Part shown: piece after piece, positions 27,187 through 40,092 of the stretch
Layout of the letters: every line of letters begins with the position of its first letter
Numbering within the stretch: position 1 is the stretch's first letter
Translations under genes and position numbers: made by a program
The notes under the pieces: model-generated
Databases searched by the model: none
What the model saw: the letters and a program-made list of their open reading frames with translations, nothing else
What the model was told of the DNA's origin: nothing
Assembly: GCA_964016885.1 (NCBI GenBank)
Contig: OZ024751.1
Coordinates: 29,698,001 to 29,762,000, forward strand
Direction: 5' to 3'
Length of the DNA stretch: 64,000 bases
Source: Eledone cirrhosa
Lineage: Eukaryota

Positions 27187-27425
27187 CGCCTCACCAGTCT
27201 GAGGAGCAGATACGTACTGGAGTCAGGTCCATAACTCCTATGGGTCACCTTGAGCCAATCCTCTGTGAAACACGTGTAACAGGTAGATACGCAATAAATA
27301 TTTTTCATATGTAAACAAAACTTCCTCGTTTTTTCTATTATATACACATCAGGATACATTCAGTCTGAAACTAGCTGTTGAAATGGCAAGAGCTCAGCCG
27401 TCGGGGTCCCAACTCTTTATAATAT
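27183..27425 (+). mobile_element. Hammerhead-bearing cassette in (TA)n (Penelope-like terminal repeat remnant)
   Basis: Hammerhead, AATAAA at 27293, then a tail module (tcagccgtcggggtcc) shared with 36868-36996 and 42139-42230. Confidence 0.65.
27193..27284 (+). ncRNA. Type I hammerhead ribozyme with long helix II insertion
   Basis: ACCaGU-CUGAGGA-GCAGA...(~50 nt)...UCUGU-GAAA-C(ACGU)G-UA-ACaGGU; predicted cleavage after 27278. Confidence 0.75.
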
Positions 27426-28014
27426 ATACATATGTGTGAGTGTGTAGAAATTCTCAAGGTGCTGCGCTGTGGGATAGAACACAAAACCATGTCATTAGGA
27501 AGCAAACTTCTTAAAGCGCACAGCCATGTTTGTGTCTACATAACCTGCATAACAACTCCAAAAGTTTCAGAATACAATATATTTATTGTCTAACATCTGA
27601 GCAGATAACTTTGAGAGAGAAAAGAGGAGATGAGATGAGGGGGGGGGGGGGGGGGAGGTGAAAAGATGTGGAAAAGCTCACTGTCAGAATCAATTTATTG
27701 ATGTTTCATACCACTGCAGCTATTTCTACACTACAGAGCCTTATCGTGTTGGAAGAATTTTGTGAAAAGACATACAGTTTCACAAGTTAATGATGATCTA
27801 GCTAGATGTAATATTAGATTTAATGAAGCTACTGACCTTACTTGCCACAGAGAGGGACCAATGGTGAAAGTGGGATTCATGGCCAGTTTTGAGTGCACAG
27901 CATCTCTTATGTTGTGAATTATCCCTGTTATGGAACTGGGAGAGGACGTTAAAGATGGTGATGAAGATGTAAAAATGGAATGGTTATCTAGGAATAATCT
28001 TTTAGTAATACTTA

Positions 28015-28900
28015 ATGCTCTCTAATATTATTAGATCAAGGTGGTGACTTGATAGAGATGTTACAATGTCTGTGATACATGCCTTGCCATATTTATTACA
28101 GCTTTTTACATTCTGAGTTCAAATCCTGCCAAGGTTTTAGATAAACTTTAACTTATATTTTTTTGAATTGGTAAATACAGGGTTGACATAAAAGTTCATA
28201 GGCTGAATAGGATACTCTCATGGAATGATGTAATGGGGTTAATCTTTCAACATAGTTTCTGGAAAGAAACAATGCAATTATTAATAAGAATTGAAATTAA
28301 TGCATGCAAGATTTCACAACACTAGCATCAATCCCTTATAGTCAGCCTATGAACTTTTTAGCCCACCCTCGTAAGTACCAATCTAGGGTGGTAGATTAGG
28401 AGATTAGAGTGTCGAATTAGATGCTTTGTGGTATTTATTTATTTTCCTTACATTCTGAGTTCAAATCCTGCCAAGGTTTAAATAAACTTTAGCTTTATTT
28501 TTTTGCGGGGTGGGGTGGGGTGGGGTTTGCGGGGTTAAAAATAAAGTACTAATCTAGGGTGGTAGATTGGTGGAAATGTTACAGTGCTGGACAAGCTGGT
28601 TTGTGGTAATTCTGAGTTCAAATCCTGCCAAGGTTTAGATAAGTTTGGCTTATGTTTTTTTGGAATTGGTAAATAAATAAAGTACCAGTCTAGGGTGGTG
28701 GATTGGTGGAATATTAGAAACAATAGAATGCTGGACAAAATACCGTGTAAAATTTCTTCCAGCTCTTCTCAATCTTCCGAAGATCAATAAATAAAGTACC
28801 AGTCTAGGGCACTGGACTGGGGAAATTGTCGGAGCGCCAAACTACAGACCTGGTGTGATTTCTTCCAGCACTTAGTGTTCTGAGTTAAAATATTGCCATG
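28015..28900 (+). mobile_element. Tandem run of about 5 degenerate SINE family A copies
   Basis: Repeated ttctgagttcaaatcctgccaagg...aaagtaccaRtctagggtgg. Confidence 0.75.
28178..28371 (+). mobile_element. Mariner-like MITE with TA target-site duplication, nested in a SINE
   Basis: TIRs cagggttgacataaaagttcataggctga / tcagcctatgaactttttagcccaccctcg flanked by TA; interrupts SINE motif gtaaata|agtacc. Confidence 0.8.
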
Positions 28901-29605
28901 GTCTACTTGGGTGCTTGACTTAATCAGTTACCCAGTTTAAGCACCACCATCTGGTCCTTGGAAGCCTTTCTTGCAGTGTTTAAACCTTTAGCATTTACAT
29001 TACTCTATATTTACCATAAAGATGAAAGGGATTTGAACTCGGAATATAAAGGGCTGTCACTACATGCTGCAAAGCATGTTCTCCGACACTCTAAACCATG
29101 ACAACAATGATGATGATGGTGAATTTAGGGGGAGGGGAAAGTCAATTTAATCAACCCCAGTCCAATACTTGGGCTTTATTTTATCAAAACCATAAAGATG
29201 TAAATGCCATAAAACATGTCCAACACTCTAAATGATGATGATGATGAATGGGCCACATGTAGGGTAACACTAGACAAAAACAAAAGAATCAGCGATTGTT
29301 CTGTTCCGATTCCTATCGAACACAAAGACACAGATAGCAGTAATGACATGAGCAGCAGCAGCAGCAGCAGCAGCAGTGGCTGGCAGGATGATTGCTTGGC
29401 TGTTTACATTCCACTTGCTTTCTTGTGTCTGTGTGTCTGTGTCCGATAGGCTAAGAGAACTTGATAACTAGAAGAGAAAGAGAAGTGCTTGGAAGGATGG
29501 GAGAGAACAGATTGGCAGAGTACATACAAGATGTACAACATGCAACTTAGAAAATATTTGTCTCTGACACGCAGGACATCACACTTAATATAACTCACAT
29601 ATATA

Positions 29606-30370
29606 AAACCTTTCATTACCATATTTCTAATGGAAGATATTGCCTTAACACTTTCATTACCATATTTCTAATAAAAGACACTGCCCTTTTGTTACCATAT
29701 TTCTAATGAAAGACACTGTCTATGTCATTAACCCTTTCATTACCATATTTCTAATGAAAGACACTGTCTATGTCATTAACCCTTTCATTACCATATTTCT
29801 AATGAAAGACACTGTCTATAATGAAAGACACTGTCTATGTCATTAACCCTTTCGTTACTATATTTCTAATGAAAGCCACTGTCTATGTCATTAAACCTTT
29901 CATTACCATATTTATAATGAAAGACACTGTCTATGTCATTAACCCTTTCATTACCATATTTATAATGAAAGACACTGTCTATGTCATTAAACCTTTCATT
30001 ACCATATTTATAATGAAAGACACTGTCTATGTCATTAACCCTTTCATTACCATATTTCTAATGAAAGACACTGTCTATGTCATTAACCCTTTCATTACCA
30101 TATTTCTAATGAAAGACACTGTCGATCTCAATAACCCTTTCATTACCATCTTTCTAATGAAAGACACTGCCTATGTCATTAACCCTTTCGTTACTATATT
30201 TCTAATGAAAGCCACTGTCTATGTCATTAACCCTTTCATTACCATATTTCTAATGAAAGACACTGTCTATGTCATTAACCCTTTCGTTACCATATTTCTA
30301 ATGAAAGACACTACCTATGTCATTACCCCTTTCATTACCGTATTTCTAATGGAAGATACTGTCTATCATT
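29606..30370 (+). repeat. 48-bp minisatellite (~15 copies) derived from a piggyBac-like element end
   Basis: Unit ttaaccctttcattaccatatttctaatgaaagacactgtctatgtca; the array runs into the element body at 30360-30475. Confidence 0.9.
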
Positions 30371-30549
30371 TTCAGATCATTTTAGAAATAATCAAGAATT
30401 CGAAGAGATTTAGTAATATAAATAAATTTCTTAAATAATATGACAAAGGTTGTTATATAAAATTGTGATGGAAGACAAACCCAAACAGGACGGGCCTCAT
30501 AACAGCATTGAGAACTTCGAACATCATGTTACCTATAACTGTAGTTACA

Positions 30550-30651
30550 CACTATATATGTATTATATAACATATATTATATAACATATATTATATAACA
30601 TAATATATATATAACATATATAATATATATATATTATATATATATCATCAT

Positions 30652-30703
<52 letters not shown>

Positions 30704-30909
30704 TCTTCTTCATCATATATATAATATATATATATATATATAATATATGTTATATATATATATATATATGTTATATATATATATATATATAACATATATA
30801 TATATATGTTATATATATATTATATATATAACATTTATATATATTATATATATATTATATATATAACATATATATGTTATATATATATATATAACAAATA
30901 TATATATGT

Positions 30910-30947
<38 letters not shown>

Positions 30948-31049
30948 ATTATATATATTATATATATATATTATATATATATATATATATTATATATATA
31001 TGTTATATATATATATATATATATGTTATATATATATATATATATATGT

Positions 31050-31081
<32 letters not shown>

Positions 31082-31170
31082 AATATATATATATATATGT
31101 TATATATATATATATATTATATATATATAACATATATATATATGTTATATATATAATATATATATATATC
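30550..31170. repeat. AT-rich microsatellite
   Basis: Visible. Confidence 0.95.
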
Positions 31171-32556
31171 CAAGTTCAAACATTTACATTTCTCCACATA
31201 ACTTTCAAAATATAAACAATATAGTTTTTTTATTTTTATTTTTATATCATTTTATTTTATTGTCTACAATACATCATTCATTTCACAATGAAAACTGTTA
31301 AGCCGTCATCACTGTAGAACCTTACACCTCACTGTATCAATTGTAACATCTCTCCATCCACCCCCTCTCTCTCTCCACATATCTCCCCCTCCCTATTTCT
31401 CTGTCTCCATCTACCTCCCCTCTCTCTCTACACTCCATTCTCTCTCTCTCTCCATCTACTCCCTCTACATTCTCCATTTCTCTCTCCTCTATCTATCTAG
31501 CCCTTCTTTCTCTCTACACTCACCTCTGCCTCTCTCCCTCTCTCTGTCTCCATCTACCTCCTCACTCTCTACTTTCCTCTCTCTATATATATACAACCCC
31601 CTCTATCTCCATCTACCTGCCCCTCTCTCTCTCTACACCCCCTCTTTCTTCATCTCCATCTACCCTCCCCTCTCTCTCTCTCTCTCTCTCCATCTACCAC
31701 CCTCTGTCTCTACTAGCCACTCTCTCTCTCTTCATCTCCCTATCCCCATCCCTCTCCTTCCTCTCCCTATCCCCATCCCTCTCCTTCCTTTATACACTCT
31801 GTGATAATAGCACAGTTTCTTTGCCAAAAATTGTTCACAACTGCTAATATATAATAATACTCTATTTTTATATTTGTAAAGTAAAAATTTTGATTGATTA
31901 GGTTCCGAATTTGATGAATTTCATTTTTTTTTCTTAATTTTCTTTCTTAATTTTCCTTCTTTTGTCTTTTTTTTCCTTCCACAGTTTCAGCCTTTAATAA
32001 TAATCTAGGTTTTTCCAGCAGGTTTTATTCTGAAGGAAAGAAAGAAAGAAAAAAAAATAATAAGTTAAGATTAAAAGAAGCCAAAAATAAATAAATAAAT
32101 AAATAACAAAAGAAATGTCTTTGAAATATATCTAAAGAATGTCCCTCCTCTCCCCCTCCTCCTCTTCTTACTCTCTAATTCTACTCTAATCTTTATATTC
32201 CATGATTCTTGTCAAAAAGATTGGGACAATCTCCTACAGAGATTAAGCATTCTTATAAACTTAAGTTCAATTTAAAAGGTGGGGGTGGAGGGAGGGGTGA
32301 GGTTGGGGTGTTAGAATATGATTCCAGATTCACTCAGCTGAATTCAACGATGACCCCTACACACACACATATGTATAAGTATACGTATCTGTGTGTTGTG
32401 TATATGCATATATATATTTATAGAGATGTATGTATATATTTATATATAGGTATGTATATATTTATATATAGGTATGTATATATTTATATATAGGTATATA
32501 TTTATTTATATATATATGTATATATTTATATATATATATATATATATATATAAGCA

Positions 32557-32614
<58 letters not shown>

Positions 32615-32852
32615 TAAACATATATATATATATGATAGCCTCATACTTTTTAATCTCTTATTGCAAGATATAGATGTATATATATATACATAATGCATAT
32701 ATATGTATATACATACATATATACATATATATATATATACATGGGCTTATGCACACACACACACACATGGGTATATGTATATATAAAATGCTCTCCTTGA
32801 ACATACATACATAAAGGAATGAACCCCCTCCCCCACAGCCAAAAGAACATAA

Positions 32853-32906
<54 letters not shown>

Positions 32907-32931
32907 TTTACGTGAGTTTTTTAAATTTTGC

Positions 32932-32967
<36 letters not shown>

Positions 32968-33780
32968 GTATACAAAATAAAAAAAACTAACATAAAACAT
33001 TGTAAATTACAATTCCCCGGTTATCAAATGATAATTCCTTCCCTCAGAAAAATCTACGCTTCAATCAAGTTATTTATTTCTTTGTTAAAGATCTAGGTTT
33101 CTTAAAAGTCTCTCTCTCTCTCTCTCTGCCCACCAACCTTCCACCCTCATACTCTCTCTCTAAATCTTTCAGCCCCCCTCCACCGAATCTCTTGCACCAA
33201 CAACCCCACCAAACCAAACCAACCCAAACCAAACACACTTTCTCACCTGTTTTATTTTTGTTTTGTTTTATTTTTTGTTTTGCGAGGAGCGTTTTAAAAT
33301 TTTAAATAATATTTCTTTTTAATTTTTTTAAAATTATTTATTTTTTTAAATTTCATTTTATTTTTATTATATTTTTATTTTTATTTTTATTTTCATTTTT
33401 ATTTTTTCAAATTGATTATTCTATCAATTGTTCCACAGCTTGGTGATCAGCATTGCTTACATCTAGGAATCTACATCTGGAAAAATACATTACAAAATCA
33501 GACATAAAATAAAGCTAATGAATAAATATATATACATATATATATTTTTTAAAAAAATATTTTAAAATATATGAAATAACAAAAGAATTACCTCCCCTTT
33601 TTACCAATCTCTCCTCTTCACCCCACTAAAATTCTTTTCAAATTAAAAAGAGATTTTGACAGTTGTTGTTTGTTGTAAGATTTGTTGTTGTTGTTTTGTT
33701 TTCTTTCGTCTGCCATGATCTTTCAAGTTTCTCAAGCTTTGAATAATATTTCATGCATCTCATTAAGACACATACATATA

Positions 33781-33831
<51 letters not shown>

Positions 33832-33931
33832 GCCATCATGCATAAACACACATACACAGGTTACATACATATATATGCATTGATAATGTATATGCATATG
33901 TATTCATATATACATAACTGTAGCTATCTAC

Positions 33932-33963
<32 letters not shown>

Positions 33964-34277
33964 TCCCATACACACACACACACGTACATATATATATATA
34001 TATATACACACACATATATATATATATACGCATATATATATATAAGCCCCTTAAAAGAGTGCTGCTTGTATCAAGCCATATATGAAATAATCCAAAATGA
34101 AAAGAATAAAATAAAATAAAATAAAATAAACAGAAATTAGAGAAAATAAAAAAAATATATAGCTGTCTTCTAAATATACTTATAGAGCTATAGATATATT
34201 TATTAATAATAATAAAATTATATATATATGTATATATGTGTACATTTAGATGTATGTATACATATATATATTATATA

Positions 34278-34320
<43 letters not shown>

Positions 34321-34353
34321 TACATATATACACACACACACACACATATATAT

Positions 34354-34403
<50 letters not shown>

Positions 34404-34819
34404 ATATACACATACATATATATATAATTTGTGTGGACATACTTCTCTCTCTTTATATATATATTTATAGAGAGTGAGTTAAGGTTGAGTTATATATACA
34501 CATATATATATATATATATATATATATGTGTATATATATATATATTTATTATTATTATATATATATACACATGCACACACATATATATAATTGTATATAT
34601 CTATATATATATATATATATATGTGTGTGAATTAAACCTCAGCCCATTCCATCCATGCCCTGCTGGGTGAAACCTGAATGTTGTAGCAAACTTTATCTCT
34701 GTAAACACAGCACATTGGTTTTACTAATGATATCTGCTAGAATGTACAATGTACTGCTTCAGTTATAGAATAGCTAGAGAAACTGTGGTGAGAGAGAGAG
34801 AGAGAATATATTCACAAGC

Positions 34820-35720
34820 TGTTGTTGTTGGTGTTGTTATTGTAGTGGTTGGTGGTGTTGTTGTTGGTGGTCTTGTTGGTGTTGTTATTGTTGTTGGTGG
34901 TGTTGTTGGTTTGTTGGTGGTGTTGGTGTTGTTGTAGGTGTTGTTATTGTTGTTGGTGGTGTTGTTGTTGTTGGTCTTGTTGTTGGTGTTGTTGTTGGTG
35001 GTGTTGTTATTGTTGTTGGTGTTGGTGTTGTTGGTGTTGTTATTGATGTTGGTGTTGTTATTGATGTTGGTGTTGTTGGTGGTGTTGGTGGTGTTGTTGT
35101 TGTTGTTGGTGGTGGTGTTGTTGGTGTTATTGTTGTTGGTGGTGTTATTGTTGTTGTTGGTGGTGTGGTTGGTGGTGTTATTGTTATTGTTATTGTTGGT
35201 GTTGTTGTTATTGTTATTGTTGTTGGTGGTGTTATTGTTGTTGTTGGTGGTGTTGTTGTTATTGTTGTTGGTGGTGTTGTTGTTGTTGGTGGTGTTATTG
35301 GTGGTGTTGTTGTTATTGTTGTTGGTGGTGTTATTGTTGTTGTTGGTGTTGTTATTGTTGTTGTCGGTGTTGATGTTGTTGGTGTTATTGTTGTTGGTGG
35401 TGTTATTGTTGTTGTTGGTGTTATTGTTGTTGGTGGTGTTATTGTTGTTGTTGTTGGTGTTATTGTTGTTGGTGGTGTTATTGTTGTTGGTGGTGTTATT
35501 GTTGTTGTTGTTGGTGTTATTGTTGTTGGTGGTGTTATTGTTGTTGGTGGTGTTATTGTTGTTGTTGTTGGTGTTATTGTTGTTGTTGGTGGGGATGTTG
35601 TTGTTGTTGTTGTTGCTGCTGTTGTTGCAATGATTGTAGTTGTTTTTGTTAGACATATCGTAGTGGTTATTGTTGTTGCTGTAGTTCTTGTTCCAGTTGT
35701 AGTCATTGTGTTATAGTTGT
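34820..35720. repeat. (GTT/GGT/ATT)n compound trinucleotide repeat
   Basis: Visible; gives poly-N/T/V/L ORFs in most frames. Confidence 0.95.
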
Positions 35721-36229
35721 TGTGGCTGTTGTGTTGGAATTGTAGCTGTATTTGTTGTATCAGCCATAAAAATATATAGATGTCTGTTTCACCACCACTA
35801 CCTGAAATATTACAACCCCACCACCAGCACCAATACTACCCCACCATCACCATCACTGCACCACCACCATTGTCCCACCACCACTGTCCCCCCACCACCA
35901 CTGTCCCACCACCACCACTGCCCCACCGCCACCACTGCCCCACCACCACCATCACCACTGCCCCACCACCTCCACCACTGTGCCACCCCCATCACTGCCC
36001 CACCACCACCACTGCCCCCCCACTACCACCACTGCCCCAGCACCAATACTGCCCCCTCCCACCACCACCACCACCATTGTTATTGCATCAGAGCAATTGT
36101 CGGAGTGGATTGCAGTGATAAGATTTAAACCAACATAAACTAATAATCATATGTATTTCTGTCCCTCTCTCTCTCTCTCTCTCTCTCTTTCTACCTCACA
36201 TCCTCTCTCTCTCTCTCTCTTTCTACCTC

Positions 36230-36299
<70 letters not shown>

Positions 36300-36676
36300 C
36301 CTCACATCCTCTCTCTCTCTCTATCTCTCTACCTCACATTCTCTCTCTATCTCCCTCTTTCTACCTCACATCCTCTCTCTCTCTATCTCTCTACCTCACA
36401 TTTTCTCTCTCACCCCCCCCTCTCTCTCTGTCTTTCTTGCTCTCTCTCTCTCTCTCCCTCCATCTCTCATCCATTCTCTGTCTCTCATCCATTCTCTGTC
36501 TCTCACCTAATTCCCCCTCCCCCTCTCTCACATATCCTCTCTTCCTCCACCTCCCACCCCCACCGTCTCTGTCCAGACAATCACATGTCTCTATATTTCT
36601 GACCCAATTGTTGTTAGTTGATATTGTAAACTCTCTACCAATATCTACCTACAATAACTACCTACAAGTAGTGTGC

Positions 36677-36708
<32 letters not shown>

Positions 36709-36739
36709 CTGTATATGTATGTATATATATACACATATA

Positions 36740-36813
36740 CAGGGTGTCCCAAAAATGTATACACACTTCAACAGCATTGTAAACAAAGCATGTATTGATT
36801 TTTTAGGACACCC

Positions 36814-36815
<2 letters not shown>
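36740..36815. mobile_element. Tc1/mariner-type mini-MITE (~76 bp)
   Basis: TIRs cagggtgtcccaaaaa / tttttaggacaccctg in a TA context; second copy at 61113-61194. Confidence 0.8.
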
Positions 36816-36867
<52 letters not shown>

Positions 36868-36871
<4 letters not shown>

Positions 36872-36992
36872 TGGAACTAGCTGTTGAAATGGCAAAAGCT
36901 CAGCCATCGGTTACCGATTGTTTATAATATAACCATACTCTACTACCTTAAGTATTGAGTACTCTGACCAATTTCAAACTGAATCCATCCTG

Positions 36993-36996
<4 letters not shown>
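36868..36996. mobile_element. TA-embedded remnant of the hammerhead-cassette tail, internally inverted
   Basis: aactagctgttgaaatggcaa.agctcagcc matches 27369-27400; second half is the reverse complement of cagagtactcaatact..ggtagtagagt at 42139. Confidence 0.6.
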
Positions 36997-37026
<30 letters not shown>

Positions 37027-37065
37027 GATATTAATAAATGGAAACTATATTTATAAAACCATATT

Positions 37066-37130
37066 TATTTCATTATACATATTTCAGGGATACCAAATTA
37101 AATTATGGTATGCCTTCATCAGACAAAATA
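37066..37130 (-). ncRNA. Type I hammerhead ribozyme (in TA-bounded cassette 37025-37232)
   Basis: Minus strand: UAUUUUGU-CUGAUGA-AGGcAUACCA(10 nt)UGGUAUcCCU-GAAA-U(AUGU)A-UA-AUGAAAUA, with overlapping AAUAAA. Confidence 0.82.
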
Positions 37131-37228
37131 CAATATATAACAGTTTTACAAATAAGCTTTGACGAGTACTTTATATCAGTTATAAAAATATTTACTTGTT
37201 GTATCCCAACAATTTTAAATAGAACTTT

Positions 37229-37263
<35 letters not shown>

Positions 37264-37265
<2 letters not shown>

Positions 37266-37481
37266 AGGGCGTGTAACTAGGAGTTACTGCAGGTTCACCC
37301 GGGAGAGCACTCGATGTTTAGGTTTTTCTTATAGCATTTTAAGAGGGTCCGTCGAGCCCCCGATTATTGAGTCGGGTAGGATCGATACAGATCGAACCTT
37401 GAGCTGATCAGTGGCGAAACGCGCGTCACCTACCAATAAACGTAATGAAGGAGTAATCAATCGTCCTTGTTATCCTTTCAA
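37264..37481 (+). mobile_element. CpG-rich TA-embedded cassette with hammerhead 3' half
   Basis: cgaaac-gcgc-gtc-acctacc-aataaa; no intact CUGANGA box in register with helix I. Confidence 0.5.
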
Positions 37482-37934
37482 TATATATATATATATATAT
37501 ATATATTCATATAAGTGTGCGTTAGCGAGGAAAGGGGCCATTAAATGCTAAAGATTCTACCATTATAATCTGCCCATCCATCTTTCTACCATCATAATGT
37601 CGTTTGTATTAATTCAGTCAAAAGTTTGTTGTTCTTTGTTTATTTCAAGTCATAATATTTTTTGTTTTTCTCAAAAGACATCCATAAATGTCCTTGTCCA
37701 TTCTTTGTTGTGATGTTGTGTTAAGTAACTCTTACCATCAGAGGGGTTCTCCAGTCTGTTGTGCAACTTCACACTAGCAGTGCAATCCCATCTTAATTAC
37801 AAAATTACACACCACACACCAGAGCATGTGGCTGATGAAGTAAAAATGCAGTTGCCTTATGTAAGTGGTTTTTGGGTGCAATATATATATATATGGGGAG
37901 AGGAGTGGGAAAGTTGCAGTGCTGTGTTTGTAGA

Positions 37935-38380
<446 letters not shown>

Positions 38381-38381
38381 T

Positions 38382-38490
38382 ATATTTATTAAAATAACAG
38401 ATTATTGCTCTACGATTCTTATATATTTGATATATATTTATCCTTATCGAGCCCTCTTTGAATTTTAGTCTTCAAATTTATTATTATTAC
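38382..38490 (+). mobile_element. Copy of the 12585-12798 cassette lacking the hairpin
   Basis: tttattaaaataacagattat joined directly to tgctctacgattc...ccttatcgagccctctttg...caaatttattattattac. Confidence 0.85.
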
Positions 38491-39097
38491 TATATATATA
38501 TATATATATATATGTTTAATCTATTTCATCATCATCATCAACCTCATTTAAGATCTGTTTACCAAGCTTATATATATAAACACACACACACATGTATGTG
38601 TATATATATATATATATACCACCATTCATCCTATGAACACATCACTTTAATAGAAACATGCTAGAATGTACCACGTGCCCTACCATATGATGGCAGTGAA
38701 AAAAGGAAAAATGGGGTAATTTGCACTTAATTTAATTATTAATTATTCAAATTCATTTCCATTAGCATAAACAGCCTCTTACTTTGGAAGACTGGTATGA
38801 TATCCTCTAAAATTCCTCTTCTAATTATATGCAAATATATTTTGATATATATATATATGTGTGTGTGTGTGTTTATATGTGTGTGTGTGGGGGGATATAT
38901 AGATATGTATGGGTATTTATATATATATATATGTGTGTGTGTATATATATGTATATATATGTATATATAGATGTGTGTGTGTATATATAAATATAGAGAT
39001 ATATATATGTATATATATATGGATATATGTATATATATATGTATATGTATCTCTATATTTATGTAAATATATATATATGTCTATATATATGTAAATA

Positions 39098-39155
<58 letters not shown>

Positions 39156-39261
39156 AGCCACCATCACCATTATCAGAAGTAGGCTTGATTTAACATCACC
39201 ACATGACCTATTTAGTTGGCAAGTCTTGATCACTTGCTGTAATGTCTATTGGCCATTATTA

Positions 39262-39797
39262 TTCTCGGTGAATTGGCAGCATCGGTAGAGGGTCGGACGC
39301 CATGCTAGGGCGGTGGAGTGGCAGCATCGGTAGAGGGTCGGACGCCATGCTAGGGCGGTGGAGTGGCAGCATCGGTAGAGGGTCGGACGCCATGCTAGGG
39401 CGGTGGAGTGGCAGCATCGGTAGAGGGTCGGACGCCATGCTAGGGCGGTGGAGTGGCAGCATCGGTAGAGGGTCGGACGCCATGCTAGGGCGGTGGAGTG
39501 GCAGCATCGGTAGAGGGTCGGACGCCATGCTAGGGCGGTGGAGTGGCAGCATCGGTAGAGGGTCGGACGCCATGCTAGGGCGGTGGAGTGGCAGCATCGG
39601 TAGAGGATCGGACGCCATGCTTTCTAGCAGAGTTACGTCCCTTTACAGTCTGAGTTCAAATCCCGCCGAGGTTAACTTTGCCTTTCATCCGTACGGGGTC
39701 GATAAAATAAAGTACCAGTAACATACTGGGGTCGATTTAATCGACTTTCCCCGCTCCCTAAACTACTGGTCTTGTGCCTATATAAGAAACCATTATT
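39262..39797 (+). mobile_element. SINE family A with 8 tandem 45-bp copies of its tRNA-like head
   Basis: Unit gggcggtggagtggcagcatcggtagagggtcggacgccatgcta at 39308, 39353 ... 39578 plus a variant first unit; a single body follows. Confidence 0.92.
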
Positions 39798-40092
39798 AGG
39801 GCAGTGGACTGGCAGTAATCGGTAGAGCATCGGACAGCATGCTTTGCAGCATACAGTTATGGCCCTTTACATTCTGAGTTCAAATCCTGCCGAGGTAATC
39901 TTTACTCTTCATCCTTACGGGGTCGATAAAATAAAGTACCAGTCATGCACTGGTGTTGATTCTATCAACTACCGCCCCAAAAAATTACTGTCCTTGTGCC
40001 TGTACTAGAAATCATTATTATTATAGAAATAAAGTACCAGTAATGCACTGGGTAATTGCTGGCCTTGTGCCTAAAGTAGAAACAATTATTAT
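39798..40092 (+). mobile_element. SINE family A full copy plus an extra 3' fragment
   Basis: gggcagtggactggcagtaatcgg head, B-box and central domain; second tail at 40025-40092. Confidence 0.85.

Noticed and set aside
29381-29402. tggcaggatgattgcttggctg, loosely similar to miR-31
   Set aside because: About five mismatches including one in the seed, and no complementary star arm at pre-miRNA distance
29821-30438. 205-aa ORF of MKDTVYVINPFITIFL repeats
   Set aside because: 48-bp transposon-derived minisatellite; frame is open because the period is a multiple of 3
31925-32010. Strong plus-strand polypyrimidine tract and acceptor (ccacag at 31984)
   Set aside because: No good donor or recognisable coding sequence downstream; such tracts are common in this composition
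34763-35716. Long poly-Asn/Thr/Val/Leu ORFs
   Set aside because: Trinucleotide repeat open in nearly all frames
39259-39721. 15-aa repeat ORFs or a CRISPR-like array
   Set aside because: Units are contiguous SINE heads with no unique spacers, in a eukaryotic context
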